Positions 20,354 to 33,202 are shown, numbered from the stretch's first letter. The stretch is 64,000 bases of DNA from Escherichia coli (GCF_011045215.1 NZ_CP049201.1), one strand, 5' to 3'. A program made the numbers and translations. The notes: a model not told the origin generated them from the letters alone.

Positions 20354-22516
20354 ATGACAGAAAAAGTAAAACAACATGCCGCTCCGGTAACGGGCAGTGA
20401 TGAAATCGATATTGGTCGCCTGGTCGGCACCGTCATTGAAGCGCGCTGGTGGGTGATTGGCATCACCGCCGTATTTGCCCTCTGTGCCGTGGTTTACACT
20501 TTCTTCGCCACGCCGATTTATAGTGCCGACGCACTGGTACAAATCGAGCAAAACAGCGGCAATTCGTTAGTGCAGGACATTGGTTCGGCATTAGCCAACA
20601 AACCGCCTGCATCGGACGCCGAGATCCAGTTGATTCGTTCGCGTCTGGTGCTTGGTAAAACGGTGGACGATCTCGACCTCGATATTGCGGTGAGCAAAAA
20701 CACGTTCCCGATTTTCGGTGCGGGCTGGGATCGTTTGATGGGACGTCAGAACGAGACGGTGAAAGTGACCACCTTTAACCGCCCGAAAGAGATGGCGGAT
20801 CAGGTGTTTACGCTTAATGTGCTGGACGATAAAAACTACACCCTGAGCAGTGATGGCGGCTTTAGCGCCCGTGGGCAAGCGGGCCAGATGCTGAAAAAAG
20901 AAGGCGTCACGCTGATGGTTGAAGCCATTCACGCCCGCCCGGGCAGTGAGTTTACCGTCACCAAATACTCCACGTTGGGGATGATCAACCAACTGCAAAA
21001 CAGCCTGACGGTAACGGAGAACGGCAAAGACGCAGGCGTACTGAGCCTGACTTATACCGGTGAAGATCGCGAACAGATCCGCGACATTCTTAACAGCATC
21101 GCCCGTAACTATCAGGAACAAAATATTGAGCGCAAATCGGCGGAAGCGTCGAAAAGCCTCGCTTTCCTCGCGCAACAGTTACCGGAAGTACGTAGCCGCC
21201 TTGATGTTGCCGAAAACAAACTGAATGCCTTCCGTCAGGATAAAGATTCTGTTGATCTGCCGCTGGAAGCGAAAGCGGTGCTCGATTCGATGGTGAACAT
21301 CGACGCCCAGTTGAACGAACTGACCTTTAAAGAGGCGGAAATCTCCAAGCTGTACACCAAAGTTCACCCGGCGTACCGCACGCTGCTGGAGAAACGTCAG
21401 GCGCTGGAAGACGAAAAAGCCAAACTTAACGGTCGCGTAACGGCGATGCCGAAAACCCAGCAGGAGATTGTCCGTCTGACCCGCGATGTCGAGTCTGGTC
21501 AGCAGGTCTATATGCAACTGCTGAATAAAGAGCAGGAGCTGAAAATCACCGAAGCCAGCACCGTCGGCGATGTGCGCATTGTTGACCCGGCAATCACTCA
21601 GCCTGGTGTGCTAAAACCGAAGAAAGGGCTGATTATCCTTGGGGCGATTATTCTTGGCCTGATGCTCTCTATCGTGGGTGTGCTGCTGCGCTCGTTGTTT
21701 AATCGCGGCATCGAAAGCCCGCAGGTGCTGGAAGAACACGGTATCAGCGTCTATGCCAGCATCCCGTTGTCGGAATGGCAGAAAGCGCGCGATAGCGTCA
21801 AAACCATCAAAGGGATTAAACGCTATAAACAGAGCCAGCTACTGGCGGTGGGGAATCCAACCGATCTGGCGATTGAAGCCATCCGCAGTCTGCGTACCAG
21901 TCTGCACTTCGCGATGATGCAGGCGCAGAACAATGTGTTGATGATGACCGGGGTTAGCCCGTCAATCGGTAAAACCTTTGTCTGCGCCAACCTGGCGGCG
22001 GTGATCAGCCAGACCAATAAACGCGTGTTGTTGATCGACTGCGATATGCGCAAAGGCTACACCCACGAGCTGTTGGGCACCAATAACGTCAATGGCCTGT
22101 CGGAAATTCTGATTGGTCAGGGCGATATTACTACCGCAGCTAAACCGACCTCTATTGCCAAATTTGACCTGATCCCGCGCGGTCAGGTGCCGCCAAATCC
22201 TTCTGAACTGTTGATGAGCGAACGCTTTGCCGAACTGGTGAACTGGGCGAGTAAAAACTATGACCTGGTGTTGATTGATACGCCGCCGATTCTGGCAGTG
22301 ACCGATGCGGCAATTGTTGGTCGTCATGTCGGAACCACATTAATGGTGGCGCGTTATGCGGTCAACACATTGAAAGAAGTGGAAACCAGTCTGAGCCGCT
22401 TTGAGCAAAACGGTATTCCGGTGAAAGGGGTGATTCTGAACTCCATCTTCCGCCGCGCCAGCGCGTATCAGGATTATGGCTATTACGAATACGAATATAA
22501 GTCGGATGCGAAATAA
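20354..22516 (+). CDS. wzc: Tyrosine autokinase / polysaccharide co-polymerase Wzc
   Basis: Track ORF 20318..22516; start set at ATG 20354 (MTEKVKQHAAP), 720 aa; Walker A GVSPSIGKT; C-terminal Tyr-rich tail YGYYEYEYKSD. Confidence 0.93.
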   Translation: MTEKVKQHAAPVTGSDEIDIGRLVGTVIEARWWVIGITAVFALCAVVYTFFATPIYSADALVQIEQNSGNSLVQDIGSALANKPPASDAEIQLIRSRLVLGKTVDDLDLDIAVSKNTFPIFGAGWDRLMGRQNETVKVTTFNRPKEMADQVFTLNVLDDKNYTLSSDGGFSARGQAGQMLKKEGVTLMVEAIHARPGSEFTVTKYSTLGMINQLQNSLTVTENGKDAGVLSLTYTGEDREQIRDILNSIARNYQEQNIERKSAEASKSLAFLAQQLPEVRSRLDVAENKLNAFRQDKDSVDLPLEAKAVLDSMVNIDAQLNELTFKEAEISKLYTKVHPAYRTLLEKRQALEDEKAKLNGRVTAMPKTQQEIVRLTRDVESGQQVYMQLLNKEQELKITEASTVGDVRIVDPAITQPGVLKPKKGLIILGAIILGLMLSIVGVLLRSLFNRGIESPQVLEEHGISVYASIPLSEWQKARDSVKTIKGIKRYKQSQLLAVGNPTDLAIEAIRSLRTSLHFAMMQAQNNVLMMTGVSPSIGKTFVCANLAAVISQTNKRVLLIDCDMRKGYTHELLGTNNVNGLSEILIGQGDITTAAKPTSIAKFDLIPRGQVPPNPSELLMSERFAELVNWASKNYDLVLIDTPPILAVTDAAIVGRHVGTTLMVARYAVNTLKEVETSLSRFEQNGIPVKGVILNSIFRRASAYQDYGYYEYEYKSDAK

Positions 22517-22540
22517 CGACGCCTGCATTCGCACCGCCCC

Positions 22541-22577
22541 GTAGGCCGGATAAGGCGTTCACGCCGCATCCGGCAAG
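22541..22577. repeat. REP element between wzc and wcaA
   Basis: gtaggccggataaggcgttcacgccgcatccggcaag. Confidence 0.8.
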
Positions 22578-22608
22578 CAAACCAGCTCATAAGCCGGGAG
22601 AACAACCT

Positions 22609-23448
22609 ATGAAAGACAATCCGCTGATCTCAATCTATATGCCGACCTGGAACCGCCAACAACTGGCGATTCGGGCGATAAAATCGGTCTTGCGCCAGGA
22701 CTACAGCAACTGGGAGATGATCATCGTGGATGATTGCTCCACCTCCTGGGAACAGCTTCAGCAGTACGTCACCGCCCTCAACGATCCGCGTATTACCTAC
22801 ATTCACAACGACATTAACAGCGGGGCGTGCGCGGTACGTAACCAGGCGATTACGCTGGCGCAAGGGGAATACATCACCGGGATCGATGATGATGATGAAT
22901 GGACGCCCAACCGCCTGAGCGTCTTCCTCGCCCATAAACAGCAACTGGTCACCCACGCCTTTTTGTACGCTAACGACTACGTTTGTCAGGGCGAAGTCTA
23001 TTCCCAACCGGCAAGTTTGCCGCTGTATCCCAAATCGCCGTATTCACGCCGCCTGTTCTACAAACGCAATATCATTGGCAATCAGGTCTTTACCTGGGCG
23101 TGGCGTTTCAAAGAGTGTTTGTTCGATACCGAACTGAAAGCGGCACAGGATTACGACATCTTCCTGCGGATGGTGGTGGAGTATGGCGAACCGTGGAAAG
23201 TGGAAGAAGCGACGCAGATCCTGCATATCAATCACGGTGAAATGCAGATCACCTCGTCACCGAAAAAATTCTCCGGATACTTCCACTTTTACCGCAAGCA
23301 CAAAGACAAATTCGACCGGGCCAGTAAAAAATATCAGCTGTTTACCCTCTACCAGATCCGCAATAAACGCATGACCTGGCGCACCTTGTTGACGCTGCTG
23401 TCGGTGCGTAACGGCAAACGTCTGGCTGATGGTATTCGGGGGCGCTAA
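22609..23448 (+). CDS. wcaA: Colanic acid glycosyltransferase WcaA (GT2)
   Basis: 279 aa; ISIYMPTWN...IIVDDCS GT2 signature. Confidence 0.92.
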   Translation: MKDNPLISIYMPTWNRQQLAIRAIKSVLRQDYSNWEMIIVDDCSTSWEQLQQYVTALNDPRITYIHNDINSGACAVRNQAITLAQGEYITGIDDDDEWTPNRLSVFLAHKQQLVTHAFLYANDYVCQGEVYSQPASLPLYPKSPYSRRLFYKRNIIGNQVFTWAWRFKECLFDTELKAAQDYDIFLRMVVEYGEPWKVEEATQILHINHGEMQITSSPKKFSGYFHFYRKHKDKFDRASKKYQLFTLYQIRNKRMTWRTLLTLLSVRNGKRLADGIRGR

Positions 23449-23450
23449 AG

Positions 23451-23939
23451 ATGCTGGAAGATCTGCGCGCCAACAGCTGGAGTTTACGCCCGTGCTGCAT
23501 GGTTCTTGCCTATCGCGTCGCTCATTTTTGTTCGGTGTGGCGCAAAAAGAACGTCCTCAACAATCTGTGGGCGGCCCCGCTGCTGGTGCTGTATCGCATT
23601 ATCACCGAATGCTTTTTCGGTTATGAAATCCAGGCCGCCGCAACCATTGGCCGCCGCTTTACTATCCATCACGGTTACGCCGTAGTGATCAATAAAAACG
23701 TGGTAGCGGGGGATGATTTTACCATTCGCCACGGCGTCACTATCGGCAATCGTGGTGCCGATAACATGGCATGTCCACACATTGGCAACGGCGTCGAACT
23801 CGGTGCCAACGTCATTATTCTTGGTGATATCACGCTTGGTAACAACGTCACCGTGGGTGCGGGCAGCGTGGTGCTCGACTCTGTCCCGGACAACGCGCTG
23901 GTGGTGGGAGAAAAAGCGCGAGTGAAGGTAATTAAATGA
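23451..23939 (+). CDS. wcaB: Colanic acid acetyltransferase WcaB (hexapeptide repeat)
   Basis: 162 aa, matches WcaB. Confidence 0.92.
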   Translation: MLEDLRANSWSLRPCCMVLAYRVAHFCSVWRKKNVLNNLWAAPLLVLYRIITECFFGYEIQAAATIGRRFTIHHGYAVVINKNVVAGDDFTIRHGVTIGNRGADNMACPHIGNGVELGANVIILGDITLGNNVTVGAGSVVLDSVPDNALVVGEKARVKVIK

Positions 23940-25153
23940 ATATTCTGCAATTTAATGTGCGACTGGCGGAAGGCGGAGCGGCAGGTGTGGCGTTAGATCT
24001 CCACCAGCGTGCGCTGCAACAGGGGCTGGCGTCACATTTTGTCTACGGTTACGGCAAAGGCGGCAAAGAGAGCGTCAGCCATCAGAACTATCCGCAGGTC
24101 ATCAAACATACGCCGCGGATGACCGCGATGGCGAACATTGCCCTGTTTTGTCTGTTTAATCGCGATCTGTTTGGCAATTTCAATGAGTTATATCGCACCA
24201 TTACTCGCACACCGGGTCCGGTGGTCCTGCATTTTCATGTGCTGCACAGCTACTGGCTAAATCTTAAGAGCGTGGTGCGCTTTTGCGAAAAGGTGAAAAA
24301 CCATAAACCGGACGTCACTCTGGTCTGGACGCTGCACGACCACTGGAGTGTAACCGGACGCTGCGCCTTTACCGACGGTTGCGAAGGCTGGAAAACGGGC
24401 TGCCAGAAATGCCCGACCTTAAATAATTATCCGCCGGTGAAGATTGATCGCGCACACCAACTGGTGGCGGGCAAACGCCAGTTATTCCGTGAGATGCTGG
24501 CGCTGGGCTGTCAGTTTATTTCCCCCAGCCAGCATGTGGCTGACGCTTTCAATAGCCTGTACGGTCCAGGGCGTTGCCGGATTATCAATAACGGTATTGA
24601 TATGGCAACCGAAGCGATTCTGGCGGACTTGCCTCCGGTGCGCGAAACCCAGGGCAAGCCGAAAATCGCGGTGGTGGCGCATGACCTGCGTTACGACGGC
24701 AAAACTAACCAGCAACTGGTGCGTGAGATGATGGCGCTGGGCGACAAAATCGAACTGCATACCTTTGGTAAGTTCTCGCCGTTCACCGCTGGCAACGTGG
24801 TTAATCACGGCTTTGAAACTGACAAGCGCAAGTTGATGAGCGCGCTCAATCAGATGGATGCGCTGGTATTCAGTTCTCGCGTCGATAACTACCCGCTGAT
24901 TTTGTGTGAGGCGTTATCAATTGGCGTGCCGGTGATTGCCACCCATAGCGACGCGGCACGGGAAGTGTTGCAAAAATCCGGCGGTAAAACCGTCAGTGAA
25001 GAAGAGGTGCTGCAACTGGTGCAGTTAAGCAAACCGGAAATCGCGCAGGCGATATTTGGTACCACGCTGGCTGAGTTCAGCCAACGCAGCCGCGCCGCCT
25101 ACAGTGGACAACAGATGCTGGAGGAGTATGTCAACTTCTATCAGAATCTGTAG
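23936..25153 (+). CDS. wcaC: Colanic acid glycosyltransferase WcaC (GT4)
   Basis: 405 aa, matches WcaC; start overlaps wcaB stop. Confidence 0.92.
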   Translation: MNILQFNVRLAEGGAAGVALDLHQRALQQGLASHFVYGYGKGGKESVSHQNYPQVIKHTPRMTAMANIALFCLFNRDLFGNFNELYRTITRTPGPVVLHFHVLHSYWLNLKSVVRFCEKVKNHKPDVTLVWTLHDHWSVTGRCAFTDGCEGWKTGCQKCPTLNNYPPVKIDRAHQLVAGKRQLFREMLALGCQFISPSQHVADAFNSLYGPGRCRIINNGIDMATEAILADLPPVRETQGKPKIAVVAHDLRYDGKTNQQLVREMMALGDKIELHTFGKFSPFTAGNVVNHGFETDKRKLMSALNQMDALVFSSRVDNYPLILCEALSIGVPVIATHSDAAREVLQKSGGKTVSEEEVLQLVQLSKPEIAQAIFGTTLAEFSQRSRAAYSGQQMLEEYVNFYQNL

Positions 25154-26345
25154 CTACCTGCTGCTGCCGCTGATCTACCTGCTGGTTAACGTCAAAATCG
25201 CCCAGCTTGGTGAAAGTTTCCCCATCACCATCGTCACTTTTTTACCTGTCTTGTTACTGCTGTTTTTAGAACGCATCAGCGTTAAAAAATTGATGATTGC
25301 CTTAGGGATTGGTGCGGGACTCACGGCGTTTAACTATCTGTTTGGTCAGTCGCTGGATGCCAGTAAATACGTCACTTCAACCATGCTGTTTGTCTATATT
25401 GTGATCATTATTGGCATGGTGTGGAGTATTCGCTTTAAAACGATTTCGCCACACAACCATCGCAAGATATTACGTTTCTTTTATCTGGTGGTCGGGCTGG
25501 TGGTGGCGCTGGCGGCGGTGGAGATGGCGCAAATTATCCTCACCGGCGGCAGCAGTATTATGGAGTCGATTTCGAAATATCTGATTTACAGCAACAGCTA
25601 TGTACTGAATTTCATTAAATTCGGCGGCAAGCGCACGACAGCACTTTATTTCGAACCGGCATTTTTCGCTCTGGCATTAATCTCAATTTGGCTCAGCATC
25701 AAACAGTTTGGTATCAAAACGCCTAAAACAGATGCTATGATTCTCGCAGGGATAATATTATCCGGATCGTTTTCAGGGGTTATGACCTTTATCCTGTTTT
25801 ATTTGCTGGAGTGGGCATTCCAATATCTGAATAAAGAGGCGATTAAGAAAAAGTTACCGTTAGCATTGATTTCTCTGGCTGTATTCCTGGTTGGTGTGGT
25901 AATCGCGTTTCCTTATATTTCCACCCGTCTGGGCGATTTAGGTACGGAAGGATCGTCATCGTATTATCGTATTGTCGGTCCGCTGGTGATGGTCGGTTAT
26001 TCTTTGACCCATATTGACGGTGTAGTCAGATTTGGCTCACTTTATGAATATGTCGCATCATTCGGAATATTTAACGGTGCGGATGTCGGAAAAACTATAG
26101 ACAATGGTTTGTATCTGCTGATTATTTATTTTTCCTGGTTCGCGGTGTTTTTATCGCTGTGGTACATGGGGAAAGTGATAAAAATGATGATCAACGCTTT
26201 TGGTGATAACCGCAATTTTCGCGTGCAATTATATCTTTTTACTCCGGTATCGCTGTTTTTTACCGGTTCGATATTTAGCCCGGAATATGCATTTTTAATC
26301 GTCTGTCCGTTTATTTTGCGAAAAGCGTTAAATATTACGAGGTAA
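25128..26345 (+). CDS. wcaD: Colanic acid polymerase WcaD
   Basis: Track ORF 25056..26345; start set at ATG 25128 ([19 protein letters not shown]), 405 aa; polytopic membrane protein. Confidence 0.88.
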   Translation: MSTSIRICSYLLLPLIYLLVNVKIAQLGESFPITIVTFLPVLLLLFLERISVKKLMIALGIGAGLTAFNYLFGQSLDASKYVTSTMLFVYIVIIIGMVWSIRFKTISPHNHRKILRFFYLVVGLVVALAAVEMAQIILTGGSSIMESISKYLIYSNSYVLNFIKFGGKRTTALYFEPAFFALALISIWLSIKQFGIKTPKTDAMILAGIILSGSFSGVMTFILFYLLEWAFQYLNKEAIKKKLPLALISLAVFLVGVVIAFPYISTRLGDLGTEGSSSYYRIVGPLVMVGYSLTHIDGVVRFGSLYEYVASFGIFNGADVGKTIDNGLYLLIIYFSWFAVFLSLWYMGKVIKMMINAFGDNRNFRVQLYLFTPVSLFFTGSIFSPEYAFLIVCPFILRKALNITR

Positions 26346-26355
26346 GAATAAGAAC

Positions 26356-27102
26356 ATGTTGCTTAGCATAATCACTGTCGCGTTTCGTAACCTCGAAGGG
26401 ATAGTCAAAACACATGCCTCGCTGGCGCATCTGGCGCAGGCGGAAGATATCAGCTTCGAATGGATTGTTGTCGATGGCGGTTCCAACGACGGCACCCGTG
26501 AGTATCTGGAAAATCTCAATGGTATCTTTAACCTACGCTTTGTCAGCGAGCCAGATAACGGTATCTACGACGCCATGAACAAGGGCATTGCGATGGCACA
26601 AGGCAAGTTCGCGTTGTTTCTCAATTCGGGCGATATTTTTCATCAGGATGCCGCAAATTTTGTCCGTAAGTTAAAAATGCAAAAAGATAACATGATGATC
26701 ACCGGCGATGCGCTGCTGGATTTTGGCGACGGGCATAAAATTAAACGTAGCGCCAAACCTGGCTGGTATATTTATCACAGCCTGCCCGCCAGTCATCAGG
26801 CGATATTTTTCCCTGTATCCGGCTTGAAAAAATGGCGTTATGACCTGGAATATAAAGTTTCTTCCGACTACGCGCTGGCAGCCAAAATGTATAAAGCCGG
26901 TTATGCATTTAAAAAACTCAATGGCCTGGTGTCTGAATTTTCCATGGGTGGGGTATCTACCACCAATAATATGGAATTGTGTGCTGACGCGAAAAAAGTC
27001 CAACGACAAATATTACATGTGCCTGGCTTTTGGGCTGAATTATCCTGGCATTTACGCCAACGTACTACCTCAAAGACGAAAGCCTTATATAACAAAAGCT
27101 GA
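26356..27102 (+). CDS. wcaE: Colanic acid glycosyltransferase WcaE (GT2)
   Basis: 248 aa, matches WcaE. Confidence 0.92.
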   Translation: MLLSIITVAFRNLEGIVKTHASLAHLAQAEDISFEWIVVDGGSNDGTREYLENLNGIFNLRFVSEPDNGIYDAMNKGIAMAQGKFALFLNSGDIFHQDAANFVRKLKMQKDNMMITGDALLDFGDGHKIKRSAKPGWYIYHSLPASHQAIFFPVSGLKKWRYDLEYKVSSDYALAAKMYKAGYAFKKLNGLVSEFSMGGVSTTNNMELCADAKKVQRQILHVPGFWAELSWHLRQRTTSKTKALYNKS

Positions 27103-27117
27103 ATATAAGGGAAAACG

Positions 27118-27666
27118 ATGCAGGATTTAAGTGGATTCTCGGTGCCGAAAGGGTTCCGGGGTGGCAACGCTATTAAAGTGCAATTGTGGTGGGCAGTACA
27201 GGCAACATTATTTGCCTGGTCGCCACAAGTATTGTATCGCTGGCGGGCATTTTTATTACGTTTATTCGGCGCAAAAATAGGAAAAAACGTAGTTATTCGT
27301 CCGTCAGTAAAAATTACCTATCCGTGGAAATTAACCTTAGGTGATTACGCGTGGGTCGGCGATGAGGTCAATTTATATACCCTCGGTGAAATAACCATTG
27401 GCGCACATTCGGTGATATCGCAAAAAAGTTATTTATGCACCGGTAGCCACGACCATGCAAGTCAACATTTCACCATTAACGCCACGCCTATTGTGATTGG
27501 CGAGAAATGCTGGCTGGCAACCGATGTCTTTGTTGCCCCAGGCGTCACAATCGGCGACGGCACCGTCGTGGGTGCACGAAGCAGTGTTTTTAAATCGCTT
27601 CCGGCAAATGTGGTTTGCCGGGGGAATCCCGCAGTGGTGATACGCGAACGCGTTGAAACTGAATAA
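27118..27666 (+). CDS. wcaF: Colanic acid acetyltransferase WcaF (hexapeptide repeat)
   Basis: 182 aa, matches WcaF. Confidence 0.92.
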   Translation: MQDLSGFSVPKGFRGGNAIKVQLWWAVQATLFAWSPQVLYRWRAFLLRLFGAKIGKNVVIRPSVKITYPWKLTLGDYAWVGDEVNLYTLGEITIGAHSVISQKSYLCTGSHDHASQHFTINATPIVIGEKCWLATDVFVAPGVTIGDGTVVGARSSVFKSLPANVVCRGNPAVVIRERVETE

Positions 27667-27691
27667 ATTCAAAAATACAGAGGAATAAGAC

Positions 27692-28813
27692 ATGTCAAAA
27701 GTCGCTCTCATCACCGGTGTAACCGGACAAGACGGTTCTTACCTGGCAGAGTTTCTGCTGGAAAAAGGTTACGAGGTGCATGGTATTAAGCGTCGCGCAT
27801 CGTCATTCAACACCGAGCGCGTGGATCACATTTATCAGGATCCGCACACCTGCAACCCGAAATTCCATCTGCATTATGGCGACCTGAGTGATACCTCTAA
27901 CCTGACGCGCATTTTGCGTGAAGTACAGCCGGATGAAGTGTACAACCTGGGCGCAATGAGCCACGTTGCGGTCTCTTTTGAGTCACCAGAATATACCGCT
28001 GACGTCGACGCGATGGGTACGCTGCGCCTGCTGGAGGCGATCCGCTTCCTCGGTCTGGAAAAGAAAACTCGTTTCTATCAGGCTTCCACCTCTGAACTGT
28101 ATGGTCTGGTGCAGGAAATTCCGCAGAAAGAAACCACGCCGTTCTACCCGCGATCTCCGTATGCGGTCGCCAAACTGTACGCCTACTGGATCACCGTTAA
28201 CTACCGCGAATCCTACGGCATGTACGCTTGTAACGGAATTCTCTTCAACCATGAATCCCCGCGCCGCGGCGAAACCTTCGTTACCCGCAAAATCACCCGC
28301 GCAATCGCCAACATCGCCCAGGGGCTGGAGTCGTGCCTGTACCTCGGCAATATGGATTCCCTGCGTGACTGGGGCCACGCCAAAGACTACGTAAAAATGC
28401 AGTGGATGATGCTGCAACAGGAACAGCCGGAAGATTTCGTTATCGCGACCGGCGTTCAGTACTCCGTGCGTCAGTTCGTGGAAATGGCAGCGGCACAGCT
28501 GGGCATCAAACTGCGCTTTGAAGGCACGGGTGTTGAAGAGAAGGGCATTGTGGTTTCCGTCACCGGGCATGACGCGCCGGGCGTTAAACCGGGTGATGTG
28601 ATTATCGCCGTTGATCCGCGTTACTTCCGTCCGGCTGAAGTTGAAACGCTGCTCGGCGACCCGACCAAAGCGCACGAAAAACTGGGTTGGAAACCGGAAA
28701 TCACCCTCAGAGAGATGGTGTCTGAAATGGTGGCTAATGACCTCGAAGCGGCGAAAAAACACTCTCTGCTGAAATCTCACGGCTACGACGTGGCGATCGC
28801 GCTGGAGTCATAA
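27692..28813 (+). CDS. gmd: GDP-mannose 4,6-dehydratase
   Basis: 373 aa; [15 protein letters not shown] Rossmann motif; matches Gmd. Confidence 0.95.
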
Positions 28814-28815
28814 GC

Positions 28816-29781
28816 ATGAGTAAACAACGCATTTTTATCGCTGGCCATCGTGGGATGGTCGGTTCTGCCATCAGGCGGCAGCTCGAACAGCGCGGTGATG
28901 TGGAACTGGTATTACGCACCCGCGACGAGCTGAACCTGCTGGACAGCCGCGCGGTGCATGATTTCTTTGCCAGCGAACGCATTGACCAGGTCTATCTGGC
29001 GGCGGCGAAAGTGGGCGGCATTGTTGCCAACAACACCTATCCGGCGGATTTCATCTACCAGAACATGATGATTGAGAGCAACATCATTCACGCCGCGCAT
29101 CAGAACGACGTGAACAAACTGCTGTTTCTTGGATCGTCCTGTATCTACCCGAAACTGGCAAAACAGCCGATGGCAGAAAGCGAGTTATTGCAGGGCACGC
29201 TGGAGCCGACCAACGAGCCTTACGCCATTGCCAAAATCGCCGGGATCAAACTGTGCGAATCATACAATCGCCAGTATGGACGCGATTACCGCTCAGTCAT
29301 GCCGACCAACCTGTATGGCCCGCATGACAACTTCCACCCGAGTAATTCGCATGTGATCCCTGCATTGCTGCGTCGCTTCCACGAGGCGACGGCACAGAAT
29401 GCACCGGACGTGGTGGTGTGGGGTAGCGGTACACCGATGCGTGAATTCCTGCACGTCGATGATATGGCGGCGGCGAGCATTCATGTCATGGAGCTGGCGC
29501 ATGAAGTCTGGCTGGAGAACACCCAGCCGATGCTGTCGCACATTAACGTCGGCACGGGCGTTGACTGCACTATCCGCGAGCTGGCGCAAACCATCGCCAA
29601 AGTGGTGGGTTACAAAGGTCGGGTGGTTTTTGATGCCAGCAAGCCGGATGGTACGCCGCGCAAACTGCTGGATGTGACGCGCCTGCATCAGCTTGGCTGG
29701 TATCACGAAATCTCACTGGAAGCGGGGCTTGCCAGCACTTACCAGTGGTTCCTTGAGAATCAAGACCGCTTTCGGGGGTAA
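28816..29781 (+). CDS. fcl: GDP-L-fucose synthase (GDP-4-keto-6-deoxymannose epimerase/reductase)
   Basis: 321 aa, matches Fcl (WcaG). Confidence 0.95.
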   Translation: MSKQRIFIAGHRGMVGSAIRRQLEQRGDVELVLRTRDELNLLDSRAVHDFFASERIDQVYLAAAKVGGIVANNTYPADFIYQNMMIESNIIHAAHQNDVNKLLFLGSSCIYPKLAKQPMAESELLQGTLEPTNEPYAIAKIAGIKLCESYNRQYGRDYRSVMPTNLYGPHDNFHPSNSHVIPALLRRFHEATAQNAPDVVVWGSGTPMREFLHVDDMAAASIHVMELAHEVWLENTQPMLSHINVGTGVDCTIRELAQTIAKVVGYKGRVVFDASKPDGTPRKLLDVTRLHQLGWYHEISLEAGLASTYQWFLENQDRFRG

Positions 29782-30263
29782 TGATGTTTTTACGTCAGGA
29801 AGTCTTTGCCACGGTAGTGCGCTCCACTCCGCTTGTCTCTCTCGACTTTATTATCGAGAACAGTCGCGGCGAGTTTCTGCTTGGTAAAAGAACCAACCGC
29901 CCGGCGCAGGGTTACTGGTTTGTGCCGGGAGGGCGCGTGCAGAAAGATGAAACGCTGGAAGCCGCATTTGAGCGGCTGACGATGGCGGAACTGGGGCTGC
30001 GTCTGCCGATAACAGCAGGCCAGTTCTACGGTGTCTGGCAGCACTTTTATGACGATAACTTCTCCGGCAAGGATTTCACCACTCACTATGTGGTGCTCGG
30101 TTTTCGCTTCAGAGTAGCGGAAGAAGAGCTGTTACTGCCGGATGAGCAGCATGACGATTACCGCTGGCTGACGCCGGACGCACTGCTCGCCAGTGACAAT
30201 GTTCACGCTAACAGCCGCGCCTATTTTCTCGCTGAGAAGCGTGCCGGAGTACCCGGATTATGA
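29781..30263 (+). CDS. gmm: GDP-mannose mannosyl hydrolase (Nudix)
   Basis: 160-aa ORF (start may be the second Met); matches Gmm/WcaH. Confidence 0.9.
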   Translation: MMFLRQEVFATVVRSTPLVSLDFIIENSRGEFLLGKRTNRPAQGYWFVPGGRVQKDETLEAAFERLTMAELGLRLPITAGQFYGVWQHFYDDNFSGKDFTTHYVVLGFRFRVAEEELLLPDEQHDDYRWLTPDALLASDNVHANSRAYFLAEKRAGVPGL

Positions 30264-31483
30264 AAATACTGGTCTACGGCATTAACTACTCGCCGGAGTT
30301 AACCGGCATCGGCAAATACACCGGAGAGATGGTGGAATGGCTGGCGGCACAAGGTCATGAGGTGCGGGTTATTACCGCACCGCCTTACTACCCGCAATGG
30401 CAGGTGGGCGAGAACTATTCCGCCTGGCGGTACAAACGAGAAGAGGGGGCCGCCACGGTGTGGCGCTGCCCGCTGTACGTGCCAAAACAGCCGAGCACCC
30501 TGAAACGCCTGTTACATCTCGGCAGTTTTGCCGTCAGCAGTTTCTTTCCTCTGATGGCGCAACGTCGCTGGAAGCCGGATCGCATTATCGGCGTGGTGCC
30601 AACGCTGTTTTGCACGCCGGGAATGCGCCTGCTGGCGAAACTCTCTGGTGCGCGTACCGTGCTGCATATTCAGGATTACGAAGTAGATGCCATGCTTGGG
30701 CTGGGCCTTGCCGGAAAAGGCAAAGGCGGCAAAGTGGCACAGCTGGCGACGGCGTTCGAACGTAGCGGACTGCATAACGTCGATAACGTCTCCACGATTT
30801 CGCGTTCGATGATGAATAAAGCCATCGATAAAGGCGTGGCGGCGGAAAACGTCATCTTCTTCCCCAACTGGTCGGAAATCGCCCGTTTTCAGCATGTTGC
30901 AGACGCCGATGTTGATGCACTTCGTAACCAGCTTGGCCTGCCGGATAACAAAAAAATCATTCTTTACTCCGGCAATATTGGTGAAAAGCAGGGGCTGGAA
31001 AACGTTATTGAAGCTGCCGAACGCCTGCGTGATGAACCGCTGATTTTTGCCATTGTCGGGCAGGGCGGCGGCAAAGCGCGGCTGGAAAAAATGGCGCAGC
31101 AGCGTGGACTGCACAACATGCAATTCTTCCCGCTGCAATCGTATGACGCTTTACCCGCACTGCTGAAGATGGGGGATTGCCATCTGGTGGTGCAAAAACG
31201 CGGCGCGGCAGATGCCGTATTGCCGTCGAAACTGACCAATATTCTGGCAGTAGGTGGTAACGCGGTGATTACCGCAGAAGCCCACACAGAACTGGGGCAG
31301 CTTTGCGAAACCTTTCCGGGCATTGCGGTTTGCGTAGAGCCGGAATCGGTCGAGGCGCTGGTGGCGGGGATCCGTCAGGCGCTCCTGCTGCCCAAACACA
31401 ACACGGTGGCACGTGAATATGCCGAACGCACGCTCGATAAAGAGAACGTGTTACGTCAATTTATAAATGATATTCGGGGATAA
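30260..31483 (+). CDS. wcaI: Colanic acid glycosyltransferase WcaI (GT4)
   Basis: 407 aa, matches WcaI. Confidence 0.92.
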   Translation: MKILVYGINYSPELTGIGKYTGEMVEWLAAQGHEVRVITAPPYYPQWQVGENYSAWRYKREEGAATVWRCPLYVPKQPSTLKRLLHLGSFAVSSFFPLMAQRRWKPDRIIGVVPTLFCTPGMRLLAKLSGARTVLHIQDYEVDAMLGLGLAGKGKGGKVAQLATAFERSGLHNVDNVSTISRSMMNKAIDKGVAAENVIFFPNWSEIARFQHVADADVDALRNQLGLPDNKKIILYSGNIGEKQGLENVIEAAERLRDEPLIFAIVGQGGGKARLEKMAQQRGLHNMQFFPLQSYDALPALLKMGDCHLVVQKRGAADAVLPSKLTNILAVGGNAVITAEAHTELGQLCETFPGIAVCVEPESVEALVAGIRQALLLPKHNTVAREYAERTLDKENVLRQFINDIRG

Positions 31484-31485
31484 TT

Positions 31486-32922
31486 ATGGCGCAGTCGAAA
31501 CTCTATCCAGTTGTGATGGCAGGTGGCTCCGGTAGCCGCTTATGGCCGCTTTCCCGCGTACTTTACCCCAAGCAGTTTTTATGCCTGAAAGGCGATCTCA
31601 CCATGCTGCAAACCACCATCTGCCGCCTGAACGGCGTGGAGTGCGAAAGCCCGGTGGTGATTTGCAATGAGCAGCACCGCTTTATTGTCGCGGAACAGCT
31701 GCGTCAACTGAACAAACTCACCGAGAATATTATTCTCGAACCAGCAGGGCGTAACACTGCACCAGCCATTGCGCTGGCGGCGCTGGCGGCAACACGTCAT
31801 AGTCCGGAGAGCGACCCGTTAATGCTGGTGCTGGCGGCGGATCATGTGATTGCCGATGAAGACGCTTTTCGCACCGCCGTGCGTAACGCTATGCCGTATG
31901 CCGAAGCGGGCAAGCTGGTGACCTTTGGCATTGTGCCGGATCTACCTGAAACCGGTTATGGCTATATTCGTCGCGGTGAAGTATCTGCGGGTGAGCAGGA
32001 TACGGTGGCCTTTGAAGTGGCGCAGTTTGTCGAAAAACCGAATCTGGAAACCGCCCAGGCCTATGTGGCAAGCGGCGAATATTACTGGAACAGCGGTATG
32101 TTCCTGTTCCGCGCCGGACGCTATCTCGAAGAACTGAAAAAATATCGCCCGGATATTCTCGACGCCTGTGAAAAAGCGATGAGCGCCGTCGATCCGGATC
32201 TTGATTTTATTCGCGTGGATGAAGAAGCGTTTCTGGCCTGCCCGGAAGAGTCGGTGGATTACGCGGTCATGGAACGTACGGCAGATGCCGTTGTGGTACC
32301 GATGGATGCGGGCTGGAGCGATGTCGGTTCCTGGTCTTCATTATGGGAGATCAGCGCCCACACCGCCGAGGGCAACGTTTGCCACGGCGATGTGATTAAT
32401 CACAAAACTGAAAACAGCTATGTGTACGCCGAATCTGGCCTGGTCACCACCGTCGGGGTGAAAGATTTGGTGGTAGTGCAGACCAAAGATGCGGTGCTGA
32501 TTGCCGACCGTAACGCGGTGCAGGATGTGAAAAAAGTGGTCGAGCAGATCAAAGCCGACGGTCGCCATGAGCATCGGGTGCATCGCGAAGTGTATCGTCC
32601 GTGGGGCAAATATGACTCTATCGACGCGGGCGACCGCTACCAGGTGAAACGCATCACCGTGAAACCGGGCGAGGGCTTGTCGGTACAGATGCACCATCAC
32701 CGCGCGGAACACTGGGTAGTGGTCGCGGGAACGGCAAAAGTCACCATTGATGGTGATATCAAACTGCTTGGTGAAAACGAGTCCATTTATATTCCGCTGG
32801 GGGCGACGCACTGCCTGGAAAACCCGGGGAAAATTCCGCTCGATTTAATTGAAGTGCGCTCCGGCTCTTATCTCGAAGAGGATGATGTGGTGCGCTTCGC
32901 GGATCGCTACGGACGGGTGTAA
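31486..32922 (+). CDS. cpsB: Mannose-1-phosphate guanylyltransferase
   Basis: 478 aa, matches CpsB/ManC. Confidence 0.95.
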   Translation: MAQSKLYPVVMAGGSGSRLWPLSRVLYPKQFLCLKGDLTMLQTTICRLNGVECESPVVICNEQHRFIVAEQLRQLNKLTENIILEPAGRNTAPAIALAALAATRHSPESDPLMLVLAADHVIADEDAFRTAVRNAMPYAEAGKLVTFGIVPDLPETGYGYIRRGEVSAGEQDTVAFEVAQFVEKPNLETAQAYVASGEYYWNSGMFLFRAGRYLEELKKYRPDILDACEKAMSAVDPDLDFIRVDEEAFLACPEESVDYAVMERTADAVVVPMDAGWSDVGSWSSLWEISAHTAEGNVCHGDVINHKTENSYVYAESGLVTTVGVKDLVVVQTKDAVLIADRNAVQDVKKVVEQIKADGRHEHRVHREVYRPWGKYDSIDAGDRYQVKRITVKPGEGLSVQMHHHRAEHWVVVAGTAKVTIDGDIKLLGENESIYIPLGATHCLENPGKIPLDLIEVRSGSYLEEDDVVRFADRYGRV

Positions 32923-32924
32923 AC

Positions 32925-33112
<188 letters not shown>

Positions 33113-33202
33113 AATGAATGCGAAACCGCGGTGTAAATAACGACAAAAATAAAATTGGCCGCTTCGGTCAGGGCCAACTATTGCCTGAAAAAGGGTAACG
33201 AT

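Noticed and set aside
20591-21175. Long minus-strand ORFs nested inside well-supported plus-strand genes (this one in wzc; similar ones at 27983..28780 in gmd, 30512..31138 in wcaI, 33731..34390 in cpsG, 35537..36136 across wcaJ/wzxC, 38123..38788 in wcaK, 54695..55474 in gnd)
   Set aside because: They lie antisense to genes with strong homology and correct lengths and show no RBS or family signature; typical shadow ORFs of GC-rich coding sequence.
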